The notes: generated from the letters alone by a model not told the origin. A stretch of DNA of 64,000 nucleotides from Octopus bimaculoides (GCF_001194135.2 NC_068989.1:9401560-9465559); one strand, 5' to 3'. Positions 50,421-63,750 are shown, counted from the stretch's first letter. Translations and numbers: made by a program.

Positions 50421-51233
50421 ATATATGAATGTGCGTGTGTATAGACACGCATATATATAAAACGCATTACTTGTTGTTCTTTGTTTTGTTGTTGTTCTTG
50501 AAAAATTAAGAGATGTCACGTATATGCATACACATCTATATGAGTGTCTGTATATATATATACACACACATATATCTATATAAATGCATAACTACTTTTC
50601 TATTTTTATTTATTTATTTATCTTGTTTATTTGTTTGTTTTAAATAAACAGACCTGTCAAAACCACTCGTACAATCACCAGTTTACAGATGTATCAAAGT
50701 AAAATGTTACCTTTCTTCATTCATTCGAAATTTCGCCTTTGCTCGTGATTGTTGGTAAACATGAAACCACTAATGTTTGGGGATTTTTTTTTTCATTTTA
50801 AATATATGTAATCACTAAGCTACGTGCCTTCATGAAATAACGTTATTATGTGCCCTTTTCATTGATATTGTTATTTGAACTTAATAATGTTTAAAAACAG
50901 TTTATAAGTTCCTTTTTTTTTTATCGGTTGTTTTATTCTGGCTGAAAAGTAAACTCACATTTCCAAACAAAACAGAGTAGCGTGGGGGGTAATTTACTCT
51001 CAAAAAGTTGTCAAAAATAAACGAAAACAGCAACTCCTCACACACGCGCGCGCGCGCACACATATGGAACATATACAGACTAAATATGCAAGTCACCGTT
51101 TCGATTCTCGCTGTCCACCATGTAGATAATGATTTATTATCACTTGGCAGATGTCAGCACTAATCAGCGAAAAATTTGTTCACCGAAATAATAAACAAAG
51201 CCATTCGCTTTTGTTAGATTCACTAGTCCGGTT

Positions 51234-51283
51234 AGTTCTGGCTGATGAGACACAACATGTCGAAACATCGATGTCTCAGAACT
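51234..51283 (+). ncRNA. Canonical type I hammerhead ribozyme
   Basis: AGUUCUGG CUGAUGA GACA[caaca]UGUC GAA ACAUCGAUGU C UCAGAACU: 8-bp stem I, intact core, 4-bp stem II, palindromic stem III, GUC triplet (cleavage after 51275). Confidence 0.88.
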
Positions 51284-52540
51284 CTTGCACTAATGAACCG
51301 TGTATGTAATGAACACGTAATTATCGTAACAGAGCTGTTATCCTGTGACGAACACAACAGCGATTAGCACTTTTGAAAGATTTTGTCATGTCTTGCGCCA
51401 AATTTTTGTCTAGAAGGAAGAATTCACAAAAGAACTAGACATTCTATCAAATAGCCAAACCTCTTAGACATAGTTGCATTAGGAATCTATACCGCTATAG
51501 TCTTTCAAAGACTCAATTTTGTGACTTCTTTCAAAAAATTGAATTAAAGATTTATTTCTGAGACTTTTAAAACGTAACTAAATGCATACCTTTCTTGTGT
51601 CCCAGACAACCGTCTGAAAATAGTTATAACCAGGAGAGATCAACCACGAATAGTTAGCAAGCCAATAATTAGTTAGTTATACTATCTACATAAATAAATG
51701 GTAACTTTAAAAATGCATTACAGAATAAACAGCAGAGGCCTCTCAGAAAATAGAACGATAAGCGGTGTGGAAAGTGTTCCATAATGACTTATATAATGAT
51801 GGCTACGACGAACAAAAAATGTAATCAAAATCTTAGTTTTATTCGTTAAAAGAAAATACGAATATATATATATATATATATATATANNNNNNNNNNNNNN
51901 NNNNNNNNNNNNNNNNNNNNNNNNNNNNNNNNNNNNNNNNNNNNNNNNNNNNNNNNNNNNNNNNNNNNNNNNNNNNNNNNNNNNNNNNNNNNNNNNNNNN
52001 NNNNNNNNNNNNNNNNNNNNNNNNNNNNNNNNNNNNNNNNNNNNNNNNNNNNNNNNNNNNNNNNNNNNCATGCATATATATATGCATATATACATATGCA
52101 TATATACACATGCATATATATATGCATATATACATATGCATATATACACATAGACGTATTCTATTTCTCTTCTCTATTTTTTCTCTCTCCAAAGAAAATA
52201 TTTCTCCAGCGTTCGCTATTTTACTCTCGTTCTGATCTTTGTTTTCGTTCGGTTTCCTTGCATGTCTCCACTGTCCTGTTTTTGTTCCCAACTTTGACCC
52301 TCCATAAATCCAAAATTTTATTTTGATACTTATGGGTGCAACTGTCTTCGAAGACTCATTTTGTCATTGAATGCTCGAAATGAGGAGTAGATAGACAGCC
52401 AACAACTGATGAAAGGTTGTTCGTTATGTTATATGTTAAGTTTTCCATTTGTTTCTCTCGTTTGCGTATTTAACTCATTTGTTTTCGTATTTCATGTTGT
52501 TTACTGTTGGTGATGTCCTGTACCCATATATGTATATATA

Positions 52541-52573
<33 letters not shown>

Positions 52574-52597
52574 GCATATATATATTATTTATATTAT

Positions 52598-52650
<53 letters not shown>

Positions 52651-53439
52651 GTTTGTCTTGTTTTTTTTTAATGTCGAATTATAACAAAAACTATTTAACA
52701 TTAAACCGAAGGATTATTCAATATATTTTTGTCGAGTACATATTTATTATACATTTACAAGAGGAGAGGTGATTGTGACTTCGAAATTTTTGCCTCTTAG
52801 CCTTCGTCAAACTACATACATACATACATATCAGCTTATTATGTAACGATGTGATCACATGAGAGATATACTTTCAATATTCATATAAAAGCAGATACAT
52901 AAAATGTTGATATAAATACAAACCTTTCATCTTGAACCGAAAGATCTCCAGTTTTATGCAATTGTGCACTCTTCGGCCAGGCGGAAAGACTGTATTAGGC
53001 TGGCAAATCTTACTTTCTTCGGTTGGAAGGGTCTAAGTTATCAAATCGCAATGCTATACGATTGAAATTCACTGCCTAGAGAAGTGATACCAAAGATAAA
53101 ATTGAAATTGCACTCATTTCATTGTATACTAAATGCTCTATCGAAATTATGAGTATATTTTATATTATATTATTTAGAAATATATCTCAATGTATTCTGT
53201 TCTATTACAGAGATGGAGATTGCTCGTTTACATGTGTATTTAATGTATACCGTTCGTTTACATCATGGCTCTATATAACACGCCCTGCGAACATTATGCG
53301 GGAATGTATAAAGTGCTCTTCTTTGGTAAAGAATATATCCTAAAATATATTTATACATAATATAATATATATTTCGCTAGCAACACCAGAAGAGTGTGAT
53401 TTTAAATTTAACCTTCAGAATCTTTTGCTAGTAAGTGCA

Positions 53440-53505
53440 TATCAGTTCTATATTTAAGAGACGAGGAATTATGTACATTATTTACATTTGACGGATATTT
53501 GACCA
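53440..53505 (-). mobile_element. PLE-type pLTR fragment (same family as 32335)
   Basis: TCAGTTCTATATTTAAGAGACGAGGAATTATGTACATTATTTACATTTGACGGATATTTG. Confidence 0.75.
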
Positions 53506-53604
53506 CTACGCGATATGCCCACGGGCATATGGTGTAGATATTAAGAGCGCGGGCTACTAACCCCAAGATTCCGAATTCGATTCCAAGCAGTGACCTGAAT
53601 AACA

Positions 53605-53651
<47 letters not shown>

Positions 53652-53652
<1 letters not shown>

Positions 53653-53806
53653 GCCCTGATGCAGTACCAGGCATTGGCTCTCATGGCTTCCGATCTTAAC
53701 TGATTGGAAGTTTTATCATGAACATTGTTTTGCCTTGGTATAAAAGATGGGCTACAGCAAATATTCTGCGCAATACCACAGATTTGCTTGTCAGTTGTTT
53801 GACCTT
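53652..53806. mobile_element. Element D end, opposite orientation, following (AAT)n
   Basis: (AAT)n|TGCCCTGATGCAGTACCAGGCATTGGCTCTCATGGC..GTCAGTTGTTTGACCTT. Confidence 0.88.
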
Positions 53807-53834
53807 TAGTTGTGAAGGACCTTCGACCGAAACT

Positions 53835-54180
53835 TATCTTAGAAAAAGTCGACCTCGGCGAAATTTCAACTCATAACGTAAAGACAGACGAAATACCGCT
53901 AAACATTTTGCCCGGATAACTAACGATTCTACCGGCTCGCTGCTTTGAAACAGACGTGAGTAATATTAGTTCGTGTTTTAGCACAAGGCCAGCAATATCG
54001 AGGAGGGGTTAAGTCGATCACATCGACCTCAGTAATCACTGGTACTTATTTTATCGACCCCGAGAAGATGAAAGATAAAGTCAACCTTGGTGTAATTTGA
54101 ACTCAGAGCGTAAAGGTGAACGAAATGCTGCAAAGCATTTTACTCGACGTACTTGGCGATTCTACCAGCACGCTGCCTTA
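53835..54180 (-). mobile_element. Two SINE-B copies (one partial)
   Basis: AAAGTCGACCTCGGCGAAATTTCAACTC..AAATACCGCT and AAAGTCAACCTTGG..TTGAACTCAGAGCG. Confidence 0.85.
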
Positions 54181-55041
54181 AAGATGTGAATAATATTCAT
54201 AACAACACAATGGTGAAATAAGCATACAGACATCGTAAATTTCTCACAAACAAAAGTAAACACCTGATGAAATCTCACGATCGGATTTATCTGAATTCGA
54301 ATTCCGGCGGCAATATCTACATCAATCACAATGGCCCGACCTCCTTTAAAGAGGCAACAACGCACGTCGACATCAATTCACTCTAAAGATAAGATGTTGA
54401 ATGTCTAAAACAAACATTGATAATATATTTAGGCACTTCACACAGACAGACACACACATACGCATTCACATACACACACTCACACATATAAAGCAAATAT
54501 AGATAACAAAATCGACAAACAACAGAAGTCTAAAGGACGTTTACAAGTTTATATCGCTAGGTTGATGCTCAAGGGACGAATAAAAGTTATAAAGTTTTAT
54601 AGGGTTTCGAATACAAGAGGAAAACGAAAGAGACACAGGGAAGAGAAAGAAAAGGAGATTAAAAAAGAAGAGGGTTAGGCAAAAACGCACGTCCAATGGT
54701 AGAACGCTTGTCAAGTCAGCAGATGTGGGTTCACGTCCCACGGGCAACCTCTGATAATGATGATAATAATTAATTCGTTTTATTGGCCACAAGGGCTAAT
54801 ATCAATTAAAACCATATAAGGACAAAGACAGGACGAAGGTTACAAAAGGTTTTGTCCGAAAAGGTAGGAAAGTTCGTCTAAACAGTGGAGAGAAGATTCT
54901 TTTCTCAGAGAGTTAACATTGAGAAAAGAACCTTTTTGGAAAGTCGAAAGACACTAACCTTTGGGAAGAGATTTCACAAAATGTGTCTGGGCCTTGCTTT
55001 TATAGATGTGCAAGTGCTTTCAGTTCTTAACGTTTTCAAGT

Positions 55042-55083
<42 letters not shown>

Positions 55084-56084
55084 NNNNNNNNNNNNNNNNN
55101 NNNNNNNNNNNNNNNNNNNNNNNNNNNNNNNNNNNNNNNNNNNNNNNNNNNNNNNNNNNNNNNNNNNNNNNNNNNNNNNNNNNNNNNNNNNNNNNNNNNN
55201 NNNNNNNNNNNNNNNNNNNNNNNNNNNNNNNNNNNNNNNNNNNNNNNNNNNNNNNNNNNNNNNNNNNNNNNNNNNNNNNNNNNNNNNNNNNNNNNNNNNN
55301 NNNNNNNNNNNNNNNNNNNNNNNNNNNNNNNNNNNNNNNNNNNNNNNNNNNNNNNNNNNNNNNNNNNNNNNNNNNNNNNNNNNNNNNNNNNNNNNNNNNN
55401 NNNNNNNNNNNNNNNNNNNNNNNNNNNNNNNNNNNNNNNNNNNNNNNNNNNNNNNNNNNNNNNNNNNNNNNNNNNNNNNNNNNNNNNNNNNNNNNNNNNN
55501 NNNNNNNNNNNNNNNNNNNNNNNNNNNNNNNNNNNNNNNNNNNNNNNNNNNNNNNNNNNNNNNNNNNNNNNNNNNNNNNNNNNNNNNNNNNNNNNNNNNN
55601 NNNNNNNNNNNNNNNNNNNNNNNNNNNNNNNNNNNNNNNNNNNNNNNNNNNNNNNNNNNNNNNNNNNNNNNNNNNNNNNNNNNNNNNNNNNNNNNNNNNN
55701 NNNNNNNNNNNNNNNNNNNNNNNNNNNNNNNNNNNNNNNNNNNNNNNNNNNNNNNNNNNNNNNNNNNNNNNNNNNNNNNNNNNNNNNNNNNNNNNNNNNN
55801 NNNNNNNNNNNNNNNNNNNNNNNNNNNNNNNNNNNNNNNNNNNNNNNNNNNNNNNNNNNNNNNNNNNNNNNNNNNNNNNNNNNNNNNNNNNNNNNNNNNN
55901 NNNNNNNNNNNNGTGTGTGTGTGTGTGTGTGTGTGGAATGTGTGTTACATACATACATACATTGCTGTTTTTTGTGTGAATTCTCCCTATATATATATAT
56001 GTGTGTGTGTGTATGTGTGTGTCTGTGTGTGTGTGTGCGTGCGTGTGTGTGTGTGTGTACGTGCGCGTGACATTGTATCAGTGT

Positions 56085-56290
56085 TTGTTGCCCCCAATAC
56101 CGCTCACCAGCCGTTGTTGGTTTATTTACATCGCCGTAACTTAGGGATTTGACAAAAGTGACCGATACAGTAACTTCCTAACTTAGAAACAAGTGCAGGG
56201 ATCAATTTACGCGATTTAAAGCTTTCCAGGCGGTGCCCCAACATGGCCGCAGTTCAATAACTGAAACAAGCGAAAAATTCAAACGATCAA
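56085..56290 (+). mobile_element. SINE-A tail module
   Basis: CGTAACTTAGGG..GGCGGTGCCCCAACATGGCCGCAGTTCAATAACTGAAACAAG. Confidence 0.75.
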
Positions 56291-56319
56291 AAAGTTTCTT
56301 TAGACTGTAACTCAGTTTG

Positions 56320-56880
56320 CTTTTGTATCCGTCTCTCAGCAAACGAGGCACAACATTTCTGAAACCCCGACACGTTTTCAAACATATCTTTTTTTCTTTC
56401 AAAGTCATTTGGTGCGAACTTTTACATCTACCAGTTTCTTCAGAAACTTTATGGACGGTCTGGCCACAATTTTCACAGATTACTATGTACACTTTTGCAT
56501 TGTTACCGTGGAAAGATCATTCTAATTTGCGATCCTTTTCTGTGAATGTTCTTTCCGTTTCGAACCGGTGTTCCTTCTCAAGAAACTATGTACGGCTCGA
56601 CCAATTTTTCCTATAAACCTGTTGCAAGAAATATCTCCAAAACTTTTTTCTTTTATCTTTTATATCCATTTATTTATCGTTTTTTTTTTTTTGATATTTT
56701 TTCGAGACAGAATTTCTCATAAATATGTTGCTATTCCAAATCTGTTGAACTTGCAACAAATCGCCAAGTGTACTAAATATAAGTTCAGTCTAGCACGTAT
56801 AGATCGATGCTTAACTGACGTGACGTGGCTTTAATGATTCTGAAGTTCAAGATCATCCATTGACAGTCTGCATTGGTGAG
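56320..56880 (-). mobile_element. Degenerate mariner N-terminal portion
   Basis: Minus strand gives ENCGQTVHKVSEETG..NVVPRLLRDGYKSK, resembling the T..E..E.G..RWVPRLL..K..R linker. Confidence 0.55.
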
Positions 56881-57302
56881 CACGCTGCAACCGCTTATTG
56901 GCACAAAGTTCTAAAGGTCTGGTTTCTTTAAACACACACACACACATATAATTGCATTGACTGAATACTGACTCTCTCTCCACCTCTCTCTCTTCCCCCT
57001 TCATATTTTGTCGATTTTCTTTTCTGTCGATATATCAATCAATCTATCGTATTTACTTCTCTCAGCACAGCCAGTACTCTCTAATCTTTGAAGTAACTCC
57101 CAACGCGATAGAACCAACAAACAAAAAAGTAGTATAGACTTCTATACACAGATACTTATATTAATGTGTGTGTGTGTGTGTAGGTAGGTACTCACACACG
57201 TACATGTATATGTATACATATTCATATGTATATCTATAATTTATATATGTATATCTATAATTTATATATGTATATGTATATATATTTACGTACACACAGT
57301 CG

Positions 57303-57563
57303 CAGGCGTAGCTGTGTCGTAAGAAGTTTGCTTGCCAACCACATGGTTCCAGGTTCAGGCCCGCCGTTTGGCACCATAGCTTCGGACCCCGACCAAAGCC
57401 TCGTGAGTAGAAACTGAAACACACTCCCGTCATATTTATTCTTTTATTTGTTTCAGACATTTGACTGTGGCCATGCTAAAGCACAGCTAAATTACAGAGC
57501 ACAGCTAAACACACCAGGATCAGTTGTCAAGCGATGTTGGGTGGGGGGAACACAGACATACAA
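57303..57563. mobile_element. SINE-A head (+) and SINE-A tail fragment (-)
   Basis: GCAGGCGTAGCTGTGTCGTAAGAAG..GGTTCAGG; then GACATTTGACTGTGGCCATGCT..GTTGTCAAGCGATG. Confidence 0.7.
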
Positions 57564-57914
57564 ANNNNNNNNNNNNNNNNNNNNNNNNNNNNNNNNNNNN
57601 NNNNNNNNNNNNNNNNNNNNNNNNNNNNNNNNNNNNNNNNNNNNNNNNNNNNNNNNNNNNNNNNNNNNNNNNNNNNNNNNNNNNNNNNNNNNNNNNNNNN
57701 NNNNNNNNNNNNNNNNNNNNNNNNNNNNNNNNNNNNNNNNNNNNNNNNNNNNNNNNNNNNNNNNNNNNNNNNNNNNNNNNNNNNNNNNNNNNNNNNNNNN
57801 NNNNNNNNNNNNNNNNNNNNNNNNNNNNNNNNNNNNNNNNNNNAGAGAGTGTGTGTATGTGTGTGAGAGAGAGAGAGAGAAATATTATTATTTCTAAATC
57901 TCTGAAGGGATATT

Positions 57915-58195
57915 TTGCTCACGATCATAAGGTCGTGATTTCGATTCTCGGCGGCGTGTTGTGTCCGTGAGCAAGAGATTTTCATTTCTCGTTGCCCTAG
58001 TTTACTCACCTAGTTTACTACCAGTAATTCAAACGACCAGCCTTGTCACGTTCTGTGTCATGCTGACATCTCCTTGAGAACCACGATAAGGATACGCGTG
58101 TCTGTGGAGTGCTCAGCCATTGGATGTTAATGAGCAAGCTGTTCTGTTGATTGGATCAACTGGAACCCTCGTCGTCGTAACCGACGGAGTGCCAC
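57915..58195 (+). mobile_element. SINE-E, diverged
   Basis: GGTCGTGATTTCGATTCTCG..GTGTCTGTGGAGTGCTCAGCC..GGATCAACTGGAACCCTCGTCGTCGTAACCGACGGAGTGCC. Confidence 0.85.
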
Positions 58196-58213
58196 GATAT
58201 ATATTAATTCGTG

Positions 58214-58253
<40 letters not shown>

Positions 58254-59814
58254 TTGATTTATTTAGTATTATCAATACTGTTTTCTTAATTAATTAGCAA
58301 TTGTTTTTAACAATTGTAATATATGGAAAATAGATTCGAAATATGCAAATTTAGTGTAAAAGAAAGCTTATAACCAATACATCAACACATGTTTTTATAG
58401 TTCATAATGTTATGTTACTTGAGAGACTGTTTGTTTATCGATAACATGAGAACAAAAACTGAGAAGCTTAGCTAAGATATTATTACTCTTTTTGATATTA
58501 TTTCCTTCATTAATTAACAATTATTTCTATCAATTAGAATATATGCAAAATTAAGTTCACGCAATATGCTAATTCCGTCTAAAAGACTGATTAGCTTAGA
58601 CGTAGATGTAAGTTTTATTGTTTGTGTGTTCCACAATATTTTGTTTTTTGGTGATATATCATCCATCTGTCCGTCCCTTCCACCATTTTTCTTCATTTCC
58701 ATCAAGATACGCTTCTTTTGAAGCTACACTGAGTAGCCTCGTGTAAATAGCCTATACCGTTCCTATAACACACCTACCGCCTATCAAAATAATGAAGTAA
58801 TTTTCATGTTTTGCGATCACAGGTTGCTGTTCGCTTCGACAATGCGTTTCCACTCTTATCTTGATTAGTATGTCTAGGAACCATTATTCCAATTACCCCA
58901 GTTCCCCTAATCGACTCTAAACTCTCTGCTCCACTTCTAAGAATCCATACGTTGCAAATAAACTCACCAGCCTACTGAAACCGATCCACTTCTAAATACC
59001 ACATCAAACTGAGAGAAGATTTAGAAATATTATGGCAAGACAGACAACCTATGTGATAAATTCATCCAGTTAATGCTGTCATTTTGGTGATAGAAATGGA
59101 TTCTATCAGATAAAACCACGTCTAATCGTACATGTAAGACTAACACATACCATGTTAGCACTGCACATGTATTCACCCTACAAAGTTAGAAATACAGCTC
59201 TTCTAGCCTCTTTCAGTAATTCATGTGTTGTAATGAGGCAGGCATTTTGATGTAACAGCTATTGTAACTAAGTTCAGTCGTTAGTTTGACGCTATGAGGC
59301 CACCATAATTGAAAGCAATGCTCCAGACAGCTAAAGAAAAAACTGTGATCCACAGGGTCATCATAATTTCCTGTTTACGTAATCTGCATCACTATTGCTA
59401 CTTGAAGTTTCACCTGATGAATAATATGATATCGTCCAAGAATGTCGTGCACCCGCAAAACATCATTCCGACAAATACTACAATCTTAATTTCATATACA
59501 CAATTTTAATGAGTATCCAACAGATAGCGAAAATTGCATGTATATGGTATTGAGACAATAATTGTCGCTTAATAATCCGTTGTGTGCGTGATGTTTCTAG
59601 ACATTATAATGCTATCCGTTTGGTGAAACATCAAGTAGTAATATTCATCATGGAAACTGTATGTTGTAATTACTCTGCCTTGGATTGTTTTTCACCTTTT
59701 CAGTCAAATTTAGACTGCAACACATACCTGCATGCATATGTACACATACGCACAGACATATAAAGATACTGTATGTGTGTGTGTACATGTACACACACAC
59801 ATACACACATGTAT

Positions 59815-59857
<43 letters not shown>

Positions 59858-60559
59858 TAATATATATGTATAATTAGATATGCATATATAAATACATACA
59901 CAGATACGTATACATAGTAATACATAGATATAATCGTACATACTTGCGCCCACGTACACATATATATGCACGCGAATGTATGTATATAAATTGTATATAA
60001 AGCATAGACTTATGTAGGAGTGAAAGTAAAAAAAAACTATTCCGTAAAAATAATGATTTTTTTTTTTTTTGGTTTTGTTTTTATTTTTGCAGATGCTTAG
60101 GAAAAGGTTAACAGAAAGAGAAAGAAGTCAAATTTTAATGCGATAATACACAAATATATAAAATTAGTCTAAACAGGATGACATGTGAAAGATAATTCAA
60201 GTAATATACGTTTAAATAAACATAGAAAATTGACCTATGTATGTTTGTTTTAATGTGTGCGCTTTGATTTATATAATATGTATCATTCTCTATAAACTTC
60301 CGTCTCTTTCTCCGCACACACACACACATATACACACACATATACATATATTTGTAGAGTAATATATGGGTACACAAACTCGTGATGTGGCTATCTCAAA
60401 ATTTATTATACATTGAAATCATTATTACATGAAGGAGGTTGCGAAACGACCGCACACAATTACGCGCGCACACATACATACACACACACACACGCACGCG
60501 CACACACACACACACACACACTATCCGTCTGCTTCGACGATGAATATTCAGCTGTTTGG

Positions 60560-60830
60560 CCAACTGAACTTACCTGGTCATTAAATTAGCGTGTTAGTGG
60601 CCAGGTATTCCACAAACACGTGCCCTCCCTAATCGTAATTTCCAACCAGTGTGTTACACGGCCAGTCTTTCGAATGACAAGTACAATTCCCTCTCTCTCC
60701 GATTTAACTGGAGCTCGGATCGACTCAAAGAAGACACTTACCCAAGACGTGATGCAATAAGGTCGATCCCTGAACCCCACGATTGTGGTATAAATTTCTT
60801 AACCACGAAGACACATGGTGTGTTAAACCA
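60560..60830 (-). mobile_element. Old SINE-E-related tRNA SINE
   Basis: Reverse complement has GTGGTTAAG..GGTTCAGGGATCGA..GGGTAAGTGTCTTC..GTGTTTGTGGAATACCTGGCCAC..CGCTAATTT. Confidence 0.6.
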
Positions 60831-61757
60831 ATATATATCTAAAGAAACGCACCAGTACCCACATACAGATGTGTGTGTCTAAGCATAGATAGACACAAAC
60901 ACATGTGTGCGTCTAAGCATACATACGTAGTGAATAGCTTCCTATATTCTTATCCAAGATTCGAAACCCAGTCTAGATTTTTCTACGAGTTCCTTCTTAT
61001 TGTTCTTGGTATTTATACCAAGGAATTTATGACAGTCAACTGTCAGGTATAGATAAGTTCTATTCTTTAACTAACCATTTGCGGTTACCAACAGTTCATA
61101 CAAGATAATAGACAAAACGTCCTTTGTTTAGCCTGGCCCTAATTTAGTTAGAAAAAATATAAATACAGAACCCAAACTCAATTCTACCTCTTTTACTTGT
61201 GCCCCCACCACCATCCTCCTGAAATATCACAATCTCTCCTTTTTTCTCTGTTCATTTATGGCTTGTTACTGCTGGATTATACAATTTCCACCTTCTCATC
61301 TTGTCAACACAGATAAGTAAATTCTTTTACTCTTTCTCTCTCCTTCTGCCCATCTTTTAGTAACCAACAACAGATCGACTTGGCTGCCTACAAAATGAGC
61401 TACAGAATTTCAATCTACCCGTGTACAACAACAACTCGAAGAAGTTGCGTCTCGCATTTTAACGATAAAACAAAGACCGTATTAACTATTATTTTTTCCT
61501 CATTTATTTGCTACATATAATCGTTACACATGAATATATGTATATAAAATATATATATATATACACAAATAAGAGATTGCAAATACTTCTGCTGACATTT
61601 GTCCATTACGTTCGATCGCACTCTGCAGTAACGGTTAAAACTTATTCTATAGGGCTTTCCTATAAGTAGGTTATCTCCCTTGGCTAGGCTGCGCTCCATG
61701 TAGATAATTAAACTTCCGCAGACTACCCACGCCATTGTTATTGTTTTACGTCTTATC

Positions 61758-62260
61758 ATGGATATAAAGCAGCTTGATGATTCAGCTATCGAAGTACTTA
61801 CTGTGCCTTTGTTAAAGAAATATTTAAGATTATATGGACAGTATGTTACTGGAAGAAAGGCGGACTTGATTGAAAGGTTGAAAGGAATAAAAATTCTGTC
61901 GATGAAGAATGTCAACAAAGTAAATTCATCGGACGATAAGTCTGAAGTATCGGNNNNNNNNNNNNNNNNATGACATAATTACCTCGTGCTACGGATGAAA
62001 GCAAAGAAACAGTTAAGGAGTGGCATATTTTACCACGACAGACACGTACACAGCATCGAATACCACGATGTGAGTGAAAGCTGATCTCACTGTATTGTCC
62101 GGTGTCTGGTAATCCCTTCAATACCGACATCAAACCAAAAAAAAGAATCCTGACTACAGAGTGTGGGTAATTATGTCAAAGGTCATTGGCAATGTGCATT
62201 CAGCTGATTGCAACTGTTAAAGCAAGTCACTGAGCATGCGTACATGTCATACGGGAGAGT
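61758..62260 (+). pseudogene. Disrupted SAP-domain plus SWIM zinc-finger gene, probably DNA-transposon accessory ORF
   Basis: LTVPLLKKYLRLYGQYVTGRKADLIERLKG (SAP); after the gap DYRVWVIMSKVIGNVHSADCNC..ACVHV (SWIM CxC..CxH) with stops and frameshifts. Confidence 0.75.
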
Positions 62261-62342
62261 TCCAATCAGGGGTGGATAACAACCTTATAGGAACCCCCTT
62301 AGAGTATACTTTATTGTGCATTATGCAGTCCATGCTGATCAA

Positions 62343-62413
62343 CGCATCAATAATGAATTAAATGACCCAACTTATTTGCTAGCAGATGGATCATTTAATT
62401 AATTATTGATGCG
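62343..62413. other. 71-nt hairpin (30-bp stem, 27/30 paired, 11-nt loop)
   Basis: CGCATCAATAATGAATTAAATGACCCAACT pairs with AGATGGATCATTTAATTAATTATTGATGCG. Confidence 0.85.
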
Positions 62414-63560
62414 ATAATTATTGATGATGGTGGATATTGTTAATGAAGTTTTAGTTTTGATGAATAACTGGAATTTTTTCCCCAATATATAACTGTCTTA
62501 CATGCCTTGATGCTTCCATTACTGAGCAAATAATATATTTTACCCAGTTGATATCTGTAAATTATTTATTAACTATTGATAAAAATGTTTGCAAAAATTC
62601 ACCAATTTCGACCTTTTGTTTATAACTGCAAAGGTCAGTAATAGGATGTTATACTTTTCCGAGAGACAAAGATCACACCATCTAAAGCCTTTAATGTAAA
62701 GGGTACATGTGTTCCACAAATACCCTGTTACTAATAATACTATCTTCTTGTAAGCTTTATTGGATAGTGAAGTGATGAGGTGTCGTTCTGAATATCAGAA
62801 TGTATACATTATTGCAAGAAATTTTTAAAGGAACCTTTAGTATACCTTATACAATTTTTGGGGTTTCAGTATTTATAAATATTTTTTGGCTGATTTACAA
62901 ATATTTTTGCTTGTATGTTATCACGTTGCTTTCCTTTTCCAATCGTATGAACAATCGGTCACGTGAAAATCAGAGTAACAGTTCAACTTTTAGTATAACA
63001 TACAACACTATTCTACACCAGGTTTACCAATCCATATACATGTGTATATACATGCTAACAATAGAGCAGACTTAATATATATATATATATATATATCAAA
63101 CAAAGTGACACACAAGTAATATGGTGAATAGAGCAATTTTAATTAACTGTGACTATCCTTGCGAACAGAAGGAAAACGCTCTCTCTAAACTCCATTATCA
63201 ACTAATTCAATTTTGGGGGGAAACAACAGACAATGCAATTAAGAGTGGTCTTGTTTATAAAGTAATGTATGAAAGTAATGGACATATTTCTTTTCAGATC
63301 TCCTCAGTAAATCCTGTCTAACTCAGCTGACATGACTGAGAATTGATCGGTATATCTAGATGTGTAAAGAATATAATGACGCTGATTATGAATATCAGCT
63401 ACTGGGTCAAACAGAAATATACAGCAATCCATTGACGTGTCAATGGTGTAGTGTTTTAGCTACTTACTTACTAGTACTTTAGCCAGTCAAAAGTTGTAAT
63501 GTTATGTTGTATAGTGAAACTGTACATCCCTCCTGGTAAAAAGTGGTAGTAACCAGCCAT

Positions 63561-63750
63561 TATAAATAGACCAGTAGCCGGTCGGCAGGAGAAGGTCGAG
63601 AGTACGTGTAGAGTGTGTTGATAGTCGTGTCTGTGCTGATATAGTAATTATACAGTGATACTGAGTGGACGTTATATCGATCTAAACTAATAATACTCAA
63701 ATAAGCCACCATTTTACTGAAAATACAACAAGCTGACGAACACGGTAAGT
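63561..63750 (+). promoter_or_regulatory. Candidate TATA promoter plus ATG-less first exon ending at a consensus donor
   Basis: TATAAATA at 63561-63568, a GC-richer stretch downstream, no ATG in about 63590-63744, and ACG|GTAAGT at 63745. Confidence 0.45.

Noticed and set aside
51130-51137. TGATTTAT Pbx-Hox-like site near an E-box
   Set aside because: An 8-mer AT-rich motif is expected by chance; no conservation data available.
54264-54300. CTGATGA plus AATC/GATT stem
   Set aside because: Not followed by GAAA; catalytic core incomplete.
60093-60146. Acceptor plus MLRKRLTERERSQILMR*, reminiscent of a Tc1/Tc3 transposase start
   Set aside because: Only 17 codons, with no downstream transposase motifs or TIR found.
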